From a virus (Duplodnaviria; Caudoviricetes): a stretch of 25,164 nt of DNA. Positions 16,901 through 25,164 of the stretch are shown here, piece by piece (position 1 is the stretch's first letter; each line of letters starts with the position of its first letter). The position numbers and the translations under genes were made by a program. The stretch spans positions 1 to 25,164 of IMG/VR virus record IMGVR_UViG_3300031951_001120. The stretch is one strand, 5' to 3'. The notes below the pieces were generated by a model. That model was not told the DNA's origin. It worked only from the letters and a program-made list of their open reading frames with translations, and searched no databases.

Positions 16901-18738
16901 ATCCATGGTGCAAACTTACCAGAAGGAGTAATCCATTTACCAAATGTAGTTTGAGCAATCTTAGAAATATCAAACTTCATACCAAAGTCTAGAATAGTTT
17001 TTACAGAGTCGGGACCATTAAGAGTCACATCTAGTAAGTCATAGTCTTTCTTATATTCCCACTCTACTGCAAACTGTTTATTATCCATTACATCTGATGT
17101 AAATTTAGGATCAGCTCTTAGGGAATCAGGAGTATATTTTTGACCAGTAACTCTGTCAGTAATGTATACTGAACCTTTTTCTTCTGCAGGTAAAGTATCA
17201 ACTAATGATTTTAAATTATCATAAGCATTGATAACACTCTCTCTAGAATTAAATAAGTAGTTACTATCACGACCAAAGACAGCTTTGAATTCAAATGTAG
17301 TATCTGCAACGTTAACTCTTGAGTTAGATTGCATGTAAGTAGGAGCAGTTCTTTCGTTAATGATTCTATTAACCGCAGAGATATCACTCATTCTTTCTTC
17401 TACATTAATGATATTAGGATCAAAGCGTGTAGTTTCTAGAACGTTTTCTAGCTTCTTATTTAGTTCAATAATGTCTCTATGTAAGTCTGGATTGTTACGA
17501 ACATCAGGGAATTTTTCACTCGTTTTAGGTAAAACGTACTTATGAATGAGTACACCTGGTTCACCAGCACCTATAGATGTAGCTGTTTGACCTGATGAAT
17601 CCTCAATACCAGCTTTAATAATTGGAGCAGCAACACCGGGATTAGCCTCTACTGTATTATCAATAGGACTATCAGGACGAACATCAATAGTCTCAGATTG
17701 AGTTTTAAGTTTCTTTCCAAGAGCTTTAGCTCCTTTGAATAAAGGACCACCAAAGATCATAGCAGCGTCAGTAATAACTTGGACTTGTCCTGGTTTAGTT
17801 TTACCTGAATCTACACCAGCTTGATCTAGTTTCTGAACGACAGTACCAATACCACCTTGAATGCTATTGATTACTGAACCTTCAAACTCTTTCTTAACAG
17901 TTTCAAACTCTGACTCTAAACCTAGTTTCTTAACTATAGTTTCAAGTCTCCAGTCAGACCAAGATACAATAGGATTTGTTTCAGCCCATTCTTCACCTTT
18001 AGCTAAGGCACCTTGCCAGTCTATATTCTCTTTATTTAAAGCTTGTTTAGTGATACTAGTAAATGCATGGCCTCTAGACTCTAAGAAGTTAGGAATACTA
18101 GTAAAGAAGTTAGCTAATCCTAAGAGTTCTCCTCCTACATCTTTAGCAATTTGAGATGGAGCAAGAGTCTTTCTGAAATCAATAGTGCCATCAGGTTTTC
18201 TGATAATAAGGCCTGGAGTAATACCTTCCCAGATAGCTGTGGAGTTCTCGATTACAGAGTCAATAAAGCTTTCTTTACTATAGTCTTCTTTTCTAGAAGC
18301 AATTTCTAGTTTTTTAGTAGGCAATAAGTTAACATTAGTGTCTTGAGAAGCATCATCTAAATGGGTATCTCCCATTGTAACTGATGCAGCTCTTTGAACA
18401 TACTTATCTTTGATATCAGTAGAGATATATCCTGTGACAGAGTATGTAGATAGGATGTTTCTTTTTTGTTCTCTAGATAGTGATGGATCATTAATGAGAC
18501 CTAGAACAGCTTCTTTATTAGTAGAAGACTGTTCATTCATCCACATCTTTTTAGCATCTTCTAAAGATTGAGAATACCCTTCCTGCGTTAATTCACCATA
18601 CATTCTTGTATAGTCATTAATCGGATCATTACTATAAGATCCTGCAGCATAGAAAGCATCATCACTAGCCTGTGTTTCAGGAACAGGCTTGTTATTTACT
18701 TCTATGGTAGGTAATACAAAATCTTCAGAGAATTCCAT
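13912..18738 (-). CDS. Large internal virion / ejection protein (1608 aa)
   Basis: Size and position in the podoviral ejection cluster after the tail genes; no catalytic motif recognised. Confidence 0.7.
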   Translation of the reverse strand: MEFSEDFVLPTIEVNNKPVPETQASDDAFYAAGSYSNDPINDYTRMYGELTQEGYSQSLEDAKKMWMNEQSSTNKEAVLGLINDPSLSREQKRNILSTYSVTGYISTDIKDKYVQRAASVTMGDTHLDDASQDTNVNLLPTKKLEIASRKEDYSKESFIDSVIENSTAIWEGITPGLIIRKPDGTIDFRKTLAPSQIAKDVGGELLGLANFFTSIPNFLESRGHAFTSITKQALNKENIDWQGALAKGEEWAETNPIVSWSDWRLETIVKKLGLESEFETVKKEFEGSVINSIQGGIGTVVQKLDQAGVDSGKTKPGQVQVITDAAMIFGGPLFKGAKALGKKLKTQSETIDVRPDSPIDNTVEANPGVAAPIIKAGIEDSSGQTATSIGAGEPGVLIHKYVLPKTSEKFPDVRNNPDLHRDIIELNKKLENVLETTRFDPNIINVEERMSDISAVNRIINERTAPTYMQSNSRVNVADTTFEFKAVFGRDSNYLFNSRESVINAYDNLKSLVDTLPAEEKGSVYITDRVTGQKYTPDSLRADPKFTSDVMDNKQFAVEWEYKKDYDLLDVTLNGPDSVKTILDFGMKFDISKIAQTTFGKWITPSGKFAPWIEQGLGRQSERAAYLSSQTLNIIKTKLGDGKLKPELAAVVSDALDQGRELFTKAELRAKFPKLSTAELEALFEKQVYWRQVNYFDLALTDRARRNELFQKGYKQGLYKDNGYIGAARTDFSFVGEGSLPPKSVWDLTLDLPVEFELDRAKTDGVYNVGGKQLVLLEKSFTDASTGKIYEYGLVGDRVKLDVLPQKIIRRIPGYSPILYKEHFFIDAVPNELNVNGYLIQDKTKLENYSRTVAAASTKYEADALLTEFQRRYPDQKVTLRKAREESLSDRVSLYEVHGDIVRNAMRRGERLPSLNGPARIEDPLSALIKTSQSLARMDTMRSYKDVFESYFIKNYKEFLPRVREGEFPPRIELIEPLPRAMSEAEKAKFEKAKAEFEYYSTITSFAEWSDSIPSALVGVADVLEKYKVPGNVLREIGNKNMIINAPQRIASLFYITLNVPRQWFVQTQPIFEMVVANPIKGSKNVALMLATRLAVLDDARMLKPYKNLVSKFAHASVKNLVDKAEFDATVKAMKESGLFQGVDQNLLVNQILTDSTRPLIETPLERGVANVTAVPSATVRLARAVGFDAAELSNRMFMWLQAKDFWLEQNPGKNWNTPAAREAISYEAWRLSGSMSRAGSLPYQRGALSFLMQFAAITQKQFLLGFQEGGSILSRSDRARLLASRGLLWGAYGVIGGKILMDALTATQDPDILKLKEEIRKGAYDRVMNGMFKALAGDDIDPKINFSKDINPYGESGLGIPYIDLAVEIVKTLNGETNGFRFPALSAIGRIPDTINTLNSWLATKEITDQNFGRVVLEASRFASGMDNWAKAQVMLAINDKITKQGKPLGLESTRAEAFAQIIGFTTTKEEDIWAAANVKKDRTTEVKDMAASIHRELIKIISDPDIKNDPNLESTKRALVNSFLSTLQDDDGTKWDKDKIKEVRDQIWELDKETRRTLKRSLIEYTWTKMNNQYNENNQKLENLLKDKQNKSTFELLNTIHGRENP

Positions 18739-18752
18739 TAATTTATCCTAGT

Positions 18753-19289
18753 TTAACCAAAAATAGATCCAATTTTTTTCATTGATTCAAAGCCACCTGA
18801 CATGTCAAATACTTTACCAGATACTTGACCTAAATCTTGCCAACCTTTAGCTTCACCCATAGCTGTATAAGCTTCAGTTCCAGCTGTACCAATAGCTCTA
18901 CCAAAACCTGCTTGAGTATCAATAGCACCAATATTAGTATCTCGTTGAGTAGATACTGCACCAATAGCACCAACTGATGAAGATGTACCAGCTAAACCTA
19001 AACCACCACCAGTAGTTTCTGTAGTAATTTGAGCACGTCTAATACGAGCTTCTCTCATTTGAGCTACTCTTTGTCTTTGAGCATTAATGTCATTCAATCT
19101 ATTTTGTAGATCAGACTGACGTTGAGTTGCTGCTGAAGCTTCTTTAGTAGCTTTCTTTTGTTGGAACATACTGACTCCACCCATAACTGCACTAGCTACA
19201 GAAAAAATAGGGGAAACAGCATTAAATACACTAGTTACTGCTGCTACTGCACCACCATATCCTACTTTCCTTACATTCTTATGTTTCAT
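18753..19289 (-). CDS. Small internal virion protein (T7 gp14-like position)
   Basis: Gly/Ala-rich hydrophobic N-terminus then a Gln/Arg coiled coil (QRQRVAQMREARIRRAQI); synteny. Confidence 0.7.
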   Translation of the reverse strand: MKHKNVRKVGYGGAVAAVTSVFNAVSPIFSVASAVMGGVSMFQQKKATKEASAATQRQSDLQNRLNDINAQRQRVAQMREARIRRAQITTETTGGGLGLAGTSSSVGAIGAVSTQRDTNIGAIDTQAGFGRAIGTAGTEAYTAMGEAKGWQDLGQVSGKVFDMSGGFESMKKIGSIFG

Positions 19290-19291
19290 AA

Positions 19292-19597
19292 TTATAACTC
19301 CAATTTTAAAATATATCTATAACCATCTTCTACCTGAGCTATAAACCCAGTATCTTTAAATCCCCAAAATTTATTAAACTTCACTGCTCTTTCAGAGTCA
19401 CATAGACTATGTACCTCTGTAATCCCTGACTCTTTTAAAGTCTTTTTAATAATACTCCAAACCTTTTTATAGCGTCTGCATTCAGTTAAACTCCATCTTT
19501 TAAACTCTAAATGCATTATGGTTTTTTGTAAAAAAGGTTCATAACTTAAACCTACAAAACCATTACCTTCTTCTTTATATATTACTTTTAAACTCAT
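19292..19597 (-). CDS. GNAT-like protein (T7 gp13-like position)
   Basis: KFNKFWGFKDTG resembles the GNAT C-terminal motif; sits between the tail nozzle and ejection genes. Confidence 0.55.
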   Translation of the reverse strand: MSLKVIYKEEGNGFVGLSYEPFLQKTIMHLEFKRWSLTECRRYKKVWSIIKKTLKESGITEVHSLCDSERAVKFNKFWGFKDTGFIAQVEDGYRYILKLEL

Positions 19598-21846
19598 TAC
19601 GGTTTACTTGTTGCTGTTGCTGTGACTCCCCAACCAAGTATTTGCATATCCTTACCAGCTTCAGATTGAATCTTAAGACTTACTGTTTTACCAGAACCTC
19701 TTAGTTTATTTCTAGTTACAATTACAGCATCACCATAATCAAAGGGATCAGTATCACCAGTAGGAATATAGTTTCGTAGGAGTCTATAGGCTTGGAACTG
19801 ATTTCCCCATTTACCACTATTTGCAGAGTCTGCCCAATTCCATTGTGATTGAACTAAACAAGATGAAGGATTATCTAGTTCTAAATTAGAACCTACAGTA
19901 GAGAAACCATCCTCAGTTCTATTAAAGTAGAAGAATATATAAGGAATTTGTTTACTTCTCATAATATCACCAAATAACTCGTAGCCAGTGATTAAGTAAC
20001 TTGAGTAGTCTGCTCCAGTTCCTGAACCAGCTAGTTCCCAATCAGTAAAGCTTCTATTTAAATATTTAGATACAGTAAATGAAGTACCTCTGATAGTTAA
20101 GAAACTAAACTGAGAACTTCTTGAAGCAACTACATCTTGAGTAATAATAACAGCGTCACTAGACGTGACTATAACTTCATCTGTATCTACTAATACGTTA
20201 GTATCTTCTGATGCTACAGCATATCCTGGTATCTCTATATAGTCAGCTATATAAGGAGAATTACTTGCTAATGATGAAAACTCATTAACATAGAATGCTT
20301 CTAGCGTAAGATCTAATACTAACTCTTTATTATATTTATTTATATAATTAGCAGTAGTGTAGGTATCAGTATCATTATATAACCAACGAACTCTATTCTC
20401 TTTTTCATCATAGAAACCTTTACAGAAGTTTTTACCTACTGTAGGGATGTCTAAGAATAAAGACTGAATAGTAGTTAATGATATAGATTTAGCTGAGAAT
20501 CTACCAGAAGAAGGATCTGGACTTAGTAAATAGATACCAGCTTTAGACCAATATAAAAATGTACCATTTACATTAACAATGGATTTAGCATTCTTAACAC
20601 CATTCGTTGATATTTTACTTGTTTGGAAAGATGTAGCAATAAAGCCACCAGTATCTCCATAAACTTCCCATACGCCATTATCTGCAAAAACTAATAGTGA
20701 AGCTTGGCTAGAAACAATCTTAACAATTTGAGTTGCTTCTGGAATCTGAATAGTACCACCGTCAGTAGTAACTAAGTCATTAATATTAGCATCTGTAGGG
20801 TCAGCTTCTTGATAGCAAACACCTAGTTTGTCATCACCAGTAATAATAGTAGTAAAGAATACATAACCACTATAGTTAGGAGATCTTGAATCTCCACTTG
20901 AAATAGAAGAGTTAACTCCTGAATAGAATATACGGCCTGCATAAGAAGCTACTGTAGAGAAAGCACCATTTTCTTTATCTAATGGTAAACCTGTAATACC
21001 AGAATTAGCTTCTCTTTCAGTACCTCTATTAAAGGCATCAATAATATAACTACCCTTAGCAACCTGATAGTTAGATGTAGAATTCTTTTCTAGGGTATCA
21101 CCATCATACTTTTCAAAGTTAGCATCTGATGGATTAGTTATCTTACCAGTTACCCAAGTATCAGCATTAGAAGGGTAGACAGTTAACTGAGTAAAGGTAC
21201 GATCAATAGCATCAGCACCAGTAGTAGTTTGAACAGTAGGAGACCAGCCTTGATTTCTTAAATTATATTTATGAGTAACTGATAAAGTAGAAGGTCTTTG
21301 ATTAACTAAAAGATTATCATTAACTCCCCAGATATCTCTAACTTCAACTGTAATAGTTGTTTGAGTTACTGTATCTGTACTAGAATTATAGGCTAAAAGA
21401 ACAGGATTGGTAAGATCTTCAGAAACAATAATGAGTTTATTGTTAATTGTAGCTGTTTCAATATCAGCATTACCAAGACCTGATATAGTAATTGAAGATC
21501 CACCGTTTAGTAGATTGGAACTTGGAGCATTAGTAAGTAAGTCGAGAAACCATAACTTATCAAGAATACGAACTACACCAATAGCTACTGTGGTATCACC
21601 ACCTGGCATATCCCATTTATGAAAAGATTGCTTACCAGTAGCGAGAGCACTTGATGTGAATCCTGTAGATGTAAGAGAATATCCTCCCTCGTAGTCTACT
21701 CCTAGACGTCTAGATCTAGAACCATTACGATTAAGGACAAAGTTACGTTCATCTATAGAAGCATTCTCAGGGAATGTAAGAGGACTAGCCTCAGTAATTA
21801 ACCCTTTGGTAAAGGATCTATAGATCTTCTCATTACCTACAGCCAT
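19597..21846 (-). CDS. Tail tubular protein B / nozzle
   Basis: 749 aa, beta-rich; N-terminal SFTKGLITEASPLTFPENASIDERNF..GSRSRRLG; synteny. Confidence 0.8.
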   Translation of the reverse strand: MAVGNEKIYRSFTKGLITEASPLTFPENASIDERNFVLNRNGSRSRRLGVDYEGGYSLTSTGFTSSALATGKQSFHKWDMPGGDTTVAIGVVRILDKLWFLDLLTNAPSSNLLNGGSSITISGLGNADIETATINNKLIIVSEDLTNPVLLAYNSSTDTVTQTTITVEVRDIWGVNDNLLVNQRPSTLSVTHKYNLRNQGWSPTVQTTTGADAIDRTFTQLTVYPSNADTWVTGKITNPSDANFEKYDGDTLEKNSTSNYQVAKGSYIIDAFNRGTEREANSGITGLPLDKENGAFSTVASYAGRIFYSGVNSSISSGDSRSPNYSGYVFFTTIITGDDKLGVCYQEADPTDANINDLVTTDGGTIQIPEATQIVKIVSSQASLLVFADNGVWEVYGDTGGFIATSFQTSKISTNGVKNAKSIVNVNGTFLYWSKAGIYLLSPDPSSGRFSAKSISLTTIQSLFLDIPTVGKNFCKGFYDEKENRVRWLYNDTDTYTTANYINKYNKELVLDLTLEAFYVNEFSSLASNSPYIADYIEIPGYAVASEDTNVLVDTDEVIVTSSDAVIITQDVVASRSSQFSFLTIRGTSFTVSKYLNRSFTDWELAGSGTGADYSSYLITGYELFGDIMRSKQIPYIFFYFNRTEDGFSTVGSNLELDNPSSCLVQSQWNWADSANSGKWGNQFQAYRLLRNYIPTGDTDPFDYGDAVIVTRNKLRGSGKTVSLKIQSEAGKDMQILGWGVTATATSKP

Positions 21847-21848
21847 TA

Positions 21849-22058
21849 CTACTCCTTAGATTCAGTTTTAGCTTTTTTAGTTTCTTGTTTTTCTAAATAC
21901 TTATTAATAGCTGTTTCAGCAAAGGTTTCATTCGTAAAGATACCAGTTAATTCCTCTGGTAATTCACCACCAGAACCAAATTGAATTTTATATTGTGCTG
22001 AGACTTTATCTCTATAAACTTGTATTTCTTTTCCGTTAGGAGTTGTGTATGTCTTCAT
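21849..22058 (-). CDS. Hypothetical protein (69 aa)
   Basis: ORF coupled to its neighbours; GGELPEELTGIFT segment. Confidence 0.7.
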   Translation of the reverse strand: MKTYTTPNGKEIQVYRDKVSAQYKIQFGSGGELPEELTGIFTNETFAETAINKYLEKQETKKAKTESKE

Positions 22059-22237
22059 TATTTCTTTTTCATTTTCTTAAGAGTTTGAGCTAATCTAGCA
22101 CGTTGACCCATTTTACCTGGTTTCTTAGCTGCAGCTGCAAGTTTAGCTGCTGGAATTGTCTTACCTTTTTTTACTCCTAGAGCTTCTCTTAACGCTCCTG
22201 GTTTTTTGATTGCTTTTTGAATCCACTTTTCTGCCAT
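22058..22237 (-). CDS. Small very basic protein (59 aa, MAEKWIQKAIKKPGALREALGVKKGK...)
   Basis: Manual translation; AAAGGA SD upstream; its TAA overlaps the ATG of the next gene. Confidence 0.8.
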   Translation of the reverse strand: MAEKWIQKAIKKPGALREALGVKKGKTIPAAKLAAAAKKPGKMGQRARLAQTLKKMKKK

Positions 22238-22304
22238 TCTTTTTTCCTTTCGAGTACTGCTGTGAGTTAATAAATGCTGGAGTATTACTAGTTAGCATTA
22301 CCAT
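22161..22304 (-). CDS. Small ORF (47 aa) with capsid-N-terminus-like head and basic tail
   Basis: MVMLTSNTPAFINSQQYSKGKKNGRKVDSKSNQKTRSVKRSSRSKKR*; TAATG-coupled to the tail tubular A stop codon. Confidence 0.5.
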   Translation of the reverse strand: MVMLTSNTPAFINSQQYSKGKKNGRKVDSKSNQKTRSVKRSSRSKKR

Positions 22305-23074
22305 TAGTAATGTCCTTTTGTACTTGGTTTACGACCATAATTAGGATACTTAATACCATTGCTAATCTTCCAAGCTTCTTGACTCATCTTACGCTTTTGA
22401 CTTACTGAGATTTGTTCTGCTTTAGCATTAGGTAATTGTTTAAGATTTAAGAATGCTGCTGATTTAGCTTCATTAAGAAGATAAGTAAACATTTGTACGG
22501 GTAAATCTGGAGTAAAGGTATCAGAAAGAGTAAATACTACTGAACGTTTACCATGACATTGAGTTTTACTATTCTGTAAGCTAGATTCTACTGCAGAGTT
22601 ATAAGCATCAAATACTAAGTAATCATCATCAAATGAAGTAAAGTATTGTGGAGCTCTGTCATCATAGACATTAATCTTAATACCTGTAGAGTCAGTAACT
22701 ACTGTAATCTTAGAATCTGTACTTAATCGTTGATCAGTAATATCTAAGAACTCTTCAGGAGTTTTATATTCAATCTTTGTGAATCTATTACGAGTTTCCC
22801 CAGGTTTAGCACAATTATACTTAATCCATTTAAGATCTATAATTGTTTCTGGGATTCTCATATGAGTAGGTCTAGAGATAGTACCACTAGTACCAAGTTG
22901 AAAGAGTTCATATAACCATGGAAAGTCTTTACCATCTACAATATTGTAGTAAGATGATTTAACTATCTGAGCTACTTGAAGAGATTCAACGCTATCATTG
23001 ATAGAGTTCACTTCGTCTGATGACATATCAGACATTATGTCTTGTACAATCTCAAGTAGTGTCATCTTAGCCAT
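22304..23074 (-). CDS. Tail tubular protein A / head-tail adaptor
   Basis: MTLLEIVQDIMSDMSSDEVNSI N-terminus typical of gp11-like adaptors; AGGAG SD; synteny. Confidence 0.75.
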   Translation of the reverse strand: MAKMTLLEIVQDIMSDMSSDEVNSINDSVESLQVAQIVKSSYYNIVDGKDFPWLYELFQLGTSGTISRPTHMRIPETIIDLKWIKYNCAKPGETRNRFTKIEYKTPEEFLDITDQRLSTDSKITVVTDSTGIKINVYDDRAPQYFTSFDDDYLVFDAYNSAVESSLQNSKTQCHGKRSVVFTLSDTFTPDLPVQMFTYLLNEAKSAAFLNLKQLPNAKAEQISVSQKRKMSQEAWKISNGIKYPNYGRKPSTKGHY

Positions 23075-23083
23075 GATGTACTC

Positions 23084-23653
23084 CTATAGTTTAACAGCAG
23101 ATAATCCTGCTTCAATAACTGTAATTGCTGTAGAAGATGATGTAGCATCACCACCAACATACATTGATAATGTTTGACCTGCTGTAGCAGTTACTAAACC
23201 AGTAGCTGAAATATGTAGTTTATCAGAACCATTACTAAATTTAGATACAGTAAGAGTTCTACCACTAGATGTTCCACTTAAGTTATATTTAAAATTGTAT
23301 ACAGTACCATTTGCAATAGCTGCTGTACTAAATTGACACCAGAAGTTAATCATATATGTACCAGCTTCTGTAAGTGTAATTATTCCTGTACTAGGAGATA
23401 GAGTTAATACGTTAGATACTCCTGATGTCCACTCACCTGTTGGATTGAGTTTAGCATATGCAGAAGATCCTGAAAGAGTTTGTGACGTTGCACCAGCATC
23501 TATATAAATCTCACCATGAGCTTTACCTGGAGGATATTGCCAAGAACCTGATCCTGCTCCATCGGATACATATACCTTACCTATAGTAGCAGCTGCTACA
23601 CCTTTAGGTTCATGGATATCTGGATCTGTAATTAAATTATGCTGTATCGTCAT
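23084..23653 (-). CDS. Virion structural protein, possibly a fibre/spike with a C1q/TNF-like C-terminal domain
   Basis: N-terminal HEPKG...GKVYVSDGAGSGSW; beta-rich C-terminus (ITLTEAGTYMINF, ATAGQTLSMYV). Confidence 0.55.
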   Translation of the reverse strand: MTIQHNLITDPDIHEPKGVAAATIGKVYVSDGAGSGSWQYPPGKAHGEIYIDAGATSQTLSGSSAYAKLNPTGEWTSGVSNVLTLSPSTGIITLTEAGTYMINFWCQFSTAAIANGTVYNFKYNLSGTSSGRTLTVSKFSNGSDKLHISATGLVTATAGQTLSMYVGGDATSSSTAITVIEAGLSAVKL

Positions 23654-23667
23654 TTAGAATTCCTTAG

Positions 23668-23699
23668 AGAAAGGGAAAGCCCCTACTAATGTAGAGGCT
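23668..23699 (-). terminator. Intrinsic terminator after the capsid and decoration genes
   Basis: Minus strand AGCCTCTAC-ATTA-GTAGGGGCT followed by TTCCCTTTCT; intergenic. Confidence 0.7.
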
Positions 23700-23715
23700 A
23701 TACCCAGTTTACTAC

Positions 23716-24207
23716 TTAGTCCTTGTTGTAAACATACTCAACAACGATGCGACCTGCACCTGTGAGTAAGTCATCAACTGAAGGAGCTACTACTAGTTCA
23801 CCAGCAGCAGTACCAATAGTTTTACCTACTAGAGCACCTGCACCAGTTACTACATTACCTGCAGTACCAATAGCTGTTTGTGTAGCTTCAGCAGCAGCAA
23901 TCAAGCCATCAGCATCAATTGCTACACCTGCAGAAGTATACAAACCAATGTTTAAGTCTGTAGTTGTAGAAGTTGAAGTGAATGCTACATCAACATACAA
24001 TTTAGCAGAAACGATTGTTGCATTAGCAGGGAGGACAAATTGAAGACCATTACTTCCATAGTTAGGAAGATCATTGTAATCAAAATCCCAAACTGCAGAT
24101 TTTACAACACCGTTCTTTGTTGATTGTTGACCACCAAACTTACCGTTTGTAGTACGAACACCGTAGTAATTAGCTACGCCTCTTTTACCGTCGATTTCAA
24201 AACCCAT
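23716..24207 (-). CDS. Probable capsid decoration / minor capsid protein
   Basis: 163 aa, Ala/Gly/Thr-rich and beta-type, directly after the MCP and before the terminator; AAGGAG SD. Confidence 0.65.
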   Translation of the reverse strand: MGFEIDGKRGVANYYGVRTTNGKFGGQQSTKNGVVKSAVWDFDYNDLPNYGSNGLQFVLPANATIVSAKLYVDVAFTSTSTTTDLNIGLYTSAGVAIDADGLIAAAEATQTAIGTAGNVVTGAGALVGKTIGTAAGELVVAPSVDDLLTGAGRIVVEYVYNKD

Positions 24208-24218
24208 GTTATTTCTCC

Positions 24219-25164
24219 TTAGTATGTAGAACCGCTAGTTAAAATAACACCAAGTGTGTCAACACGTTGGGCACCGAAACCGAAACGAGAAGTAACTTGA
24301 TACTTATCAGCACGTTCTTCGTTGTCTCTCCAACCTTCAGTCTTAGGAGCACGTCTCCAAGCATGCATGATTGGTTTTGTTGAGTCATCAGATACGCACA
24401 TAAATACGTTAGCTACGTCACCAATTTCCGCTGTATCGTTTGCTAAGCCATATGAAGAAGCGTTTAATGCTTCTGTAGCTGTCTTAACTGGTAAACGATT
24501 AGAAGTCCAGATGTCGAAACCAAAGATGTTTTTAACAAATTTATGGTCTTTAGCAAAACCTTCTGTAACAATACCTTCGAACATTGGGTTGTTAGATACG
24601 TTAACTAAGTTAGAAATGCTATTTAATGTTGCTTCAACGATTGGATCAACAATAGCGATACGACCTGCTGCAGGAACATTAGCTTTATCAAATGCTAATT
24701 TCATAGCAATGAAGTCAGATAATGTCATAACGCGTGTTGATGCTGAAGCACCACCAGCTACCCAACGATGTGGACGGCCGTTAACTAAGTTAACATTAGC
24801 GTTAGTTTGAGCAGCGTTAGCTACTGATAAGAAACGTGATTCATGGTTTTCACCAAGAGCACGTGTTGATTCCATTGCACGCATAGACATTAATGAGTCT
24901 ACTTGAGCACCATCTTCACGGAGGTCATCACTAACTTTCCATGCGTCACCAACGTAGTCAGTGATAGCAAGTGTGATAGTACCTGTGTCGATAGGGTTAA
25001 AGTTTAATGGTGTATCTTCAGCTGCATCTTGAATTGATACTGTACCAACTGTTTTGATGTTTAAAGTAGTGCCAGAACCAAAGTCTGATACATCTCTCCA
25101 CATACCTTCAGGTAGTAAGAAATCATGTAAGTTATCAAGAATAAACTGTGAATACTGTTGTGCC
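24219..25164 (-). CDS. Major capsid protein, 5' end beyond the window
   Basis: The frame is open past the track start to the window edge (AQQYSQFILDNLHDFLLPEGMWRDVSDFGSG...). Features include GTTLNIKTVG, FDKANVPAAGRIAIVDP, IFGFDIWTSNRLP and RFGFG; first gene of the structural block. Confidence 0.88.
   Translation of the reverse strand, partial: AQQYSQFILDNLHDFLLPEGMWRDVSDFGSGTTLNIKTVGTVSIQDAAEDTPLNFNPIDTGTITLAITDYVGDAWKVSDDLREDGAQVDSLMSMRAMESTRALGENHESRFLSVANAAQTNANVNLVNGRPHRWVAGGASASTRVMTLSDFIAMKLAFDKANVPAAGRIAIVDPIVEATLNSISNLVNVSNNPMFEGIVTEGFAKDHKFVKNIFGFDIWTSNRLPVKTATEALNASSYGLANDTAEIGDVANVFMCVSDDSTKPIMHAWRRAPKTEGWRDNEERADKYQVTSRFGFGAQRVDTLGVILTSGSTY

Noticed and set aside
13912-18738. 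1608-aa protein as a virion RNA polymerase
   Set aside because: No recognisable single-subunit or DxDGD-type polymerase motifs; position fits an ejection protein.
22236-22250. A-AAA-AAG slippery heptamer that might fuse the capsid-mimic peptide to the basic protein
   Set aside because: The basic ORF is in the +1 frame; a -1 shift reaches a stop after about 16 codons, and the stretch is explained as SD plus spacer.
24322-24810. Antisense and alternative-frame ORFs in the track (also 620-832, 1306-1512, 2979-3173, 11709-12098, 17861-18154, 23747-24043 and others)
   Set aside because: They lie wholly within well-supported genes, lack recognisable motifs, and are expected shadows of codon bias.
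1-25164. tRNA genes, CRISPR arrays, introns, IS elements or stop-codon reassignment
   Set aside because: Coding density is near complete under the standard code, with no repeat-spacer arrays, cloverleaf candidates or transposase/homing endonuclease ORFs seen by eye.

Overview
An AT-rich segment of a tailed, podovirus-like dsDNA phage with two convergent gene blocks. The + strand (159-10884) carries replication and nucleotide metabolism: separate primase and helicase, a family A DNA polymerase split into two genes, a probable SSB, 5'-3' exonuclease, endonuclease I, RNase H-like nuclease, SprT-like protease, DUF3310, class II ribonucleotide reductase and a SLOG protein. The - strand (10881-25164) carries virion genes: partial major capsid protein, probable decoration protein, tail tubular proteins A and B, a GNAT-like protein and three internal/ejection proteins, one with a lytic transglycosylase. 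The layout resembles SIO1/cobavirus-like (Zobellviridae-like) phages; this is an inference, and no RNA polymerase gene is seen in the window. The key observation is missing from the ORF track: at the left edge (1-65, - strand) is a pqqA gene (MWTKPAATEMRFGFEVTMYVM...), the PQQ cofactor precursor peptide, with its own strong RBS and near-consensus sigma70 promoter, divergent from the phage primase. It suggests a Methylophilaceae-type host and a phage-borne PQQ-precursor auxiliary gene. Other notable signals are an apparent ATT start for the primase and an unannotated small ORF that appears to mimic the capsid protein N-terminus. All family assignments come from motif recognition, not database searches.
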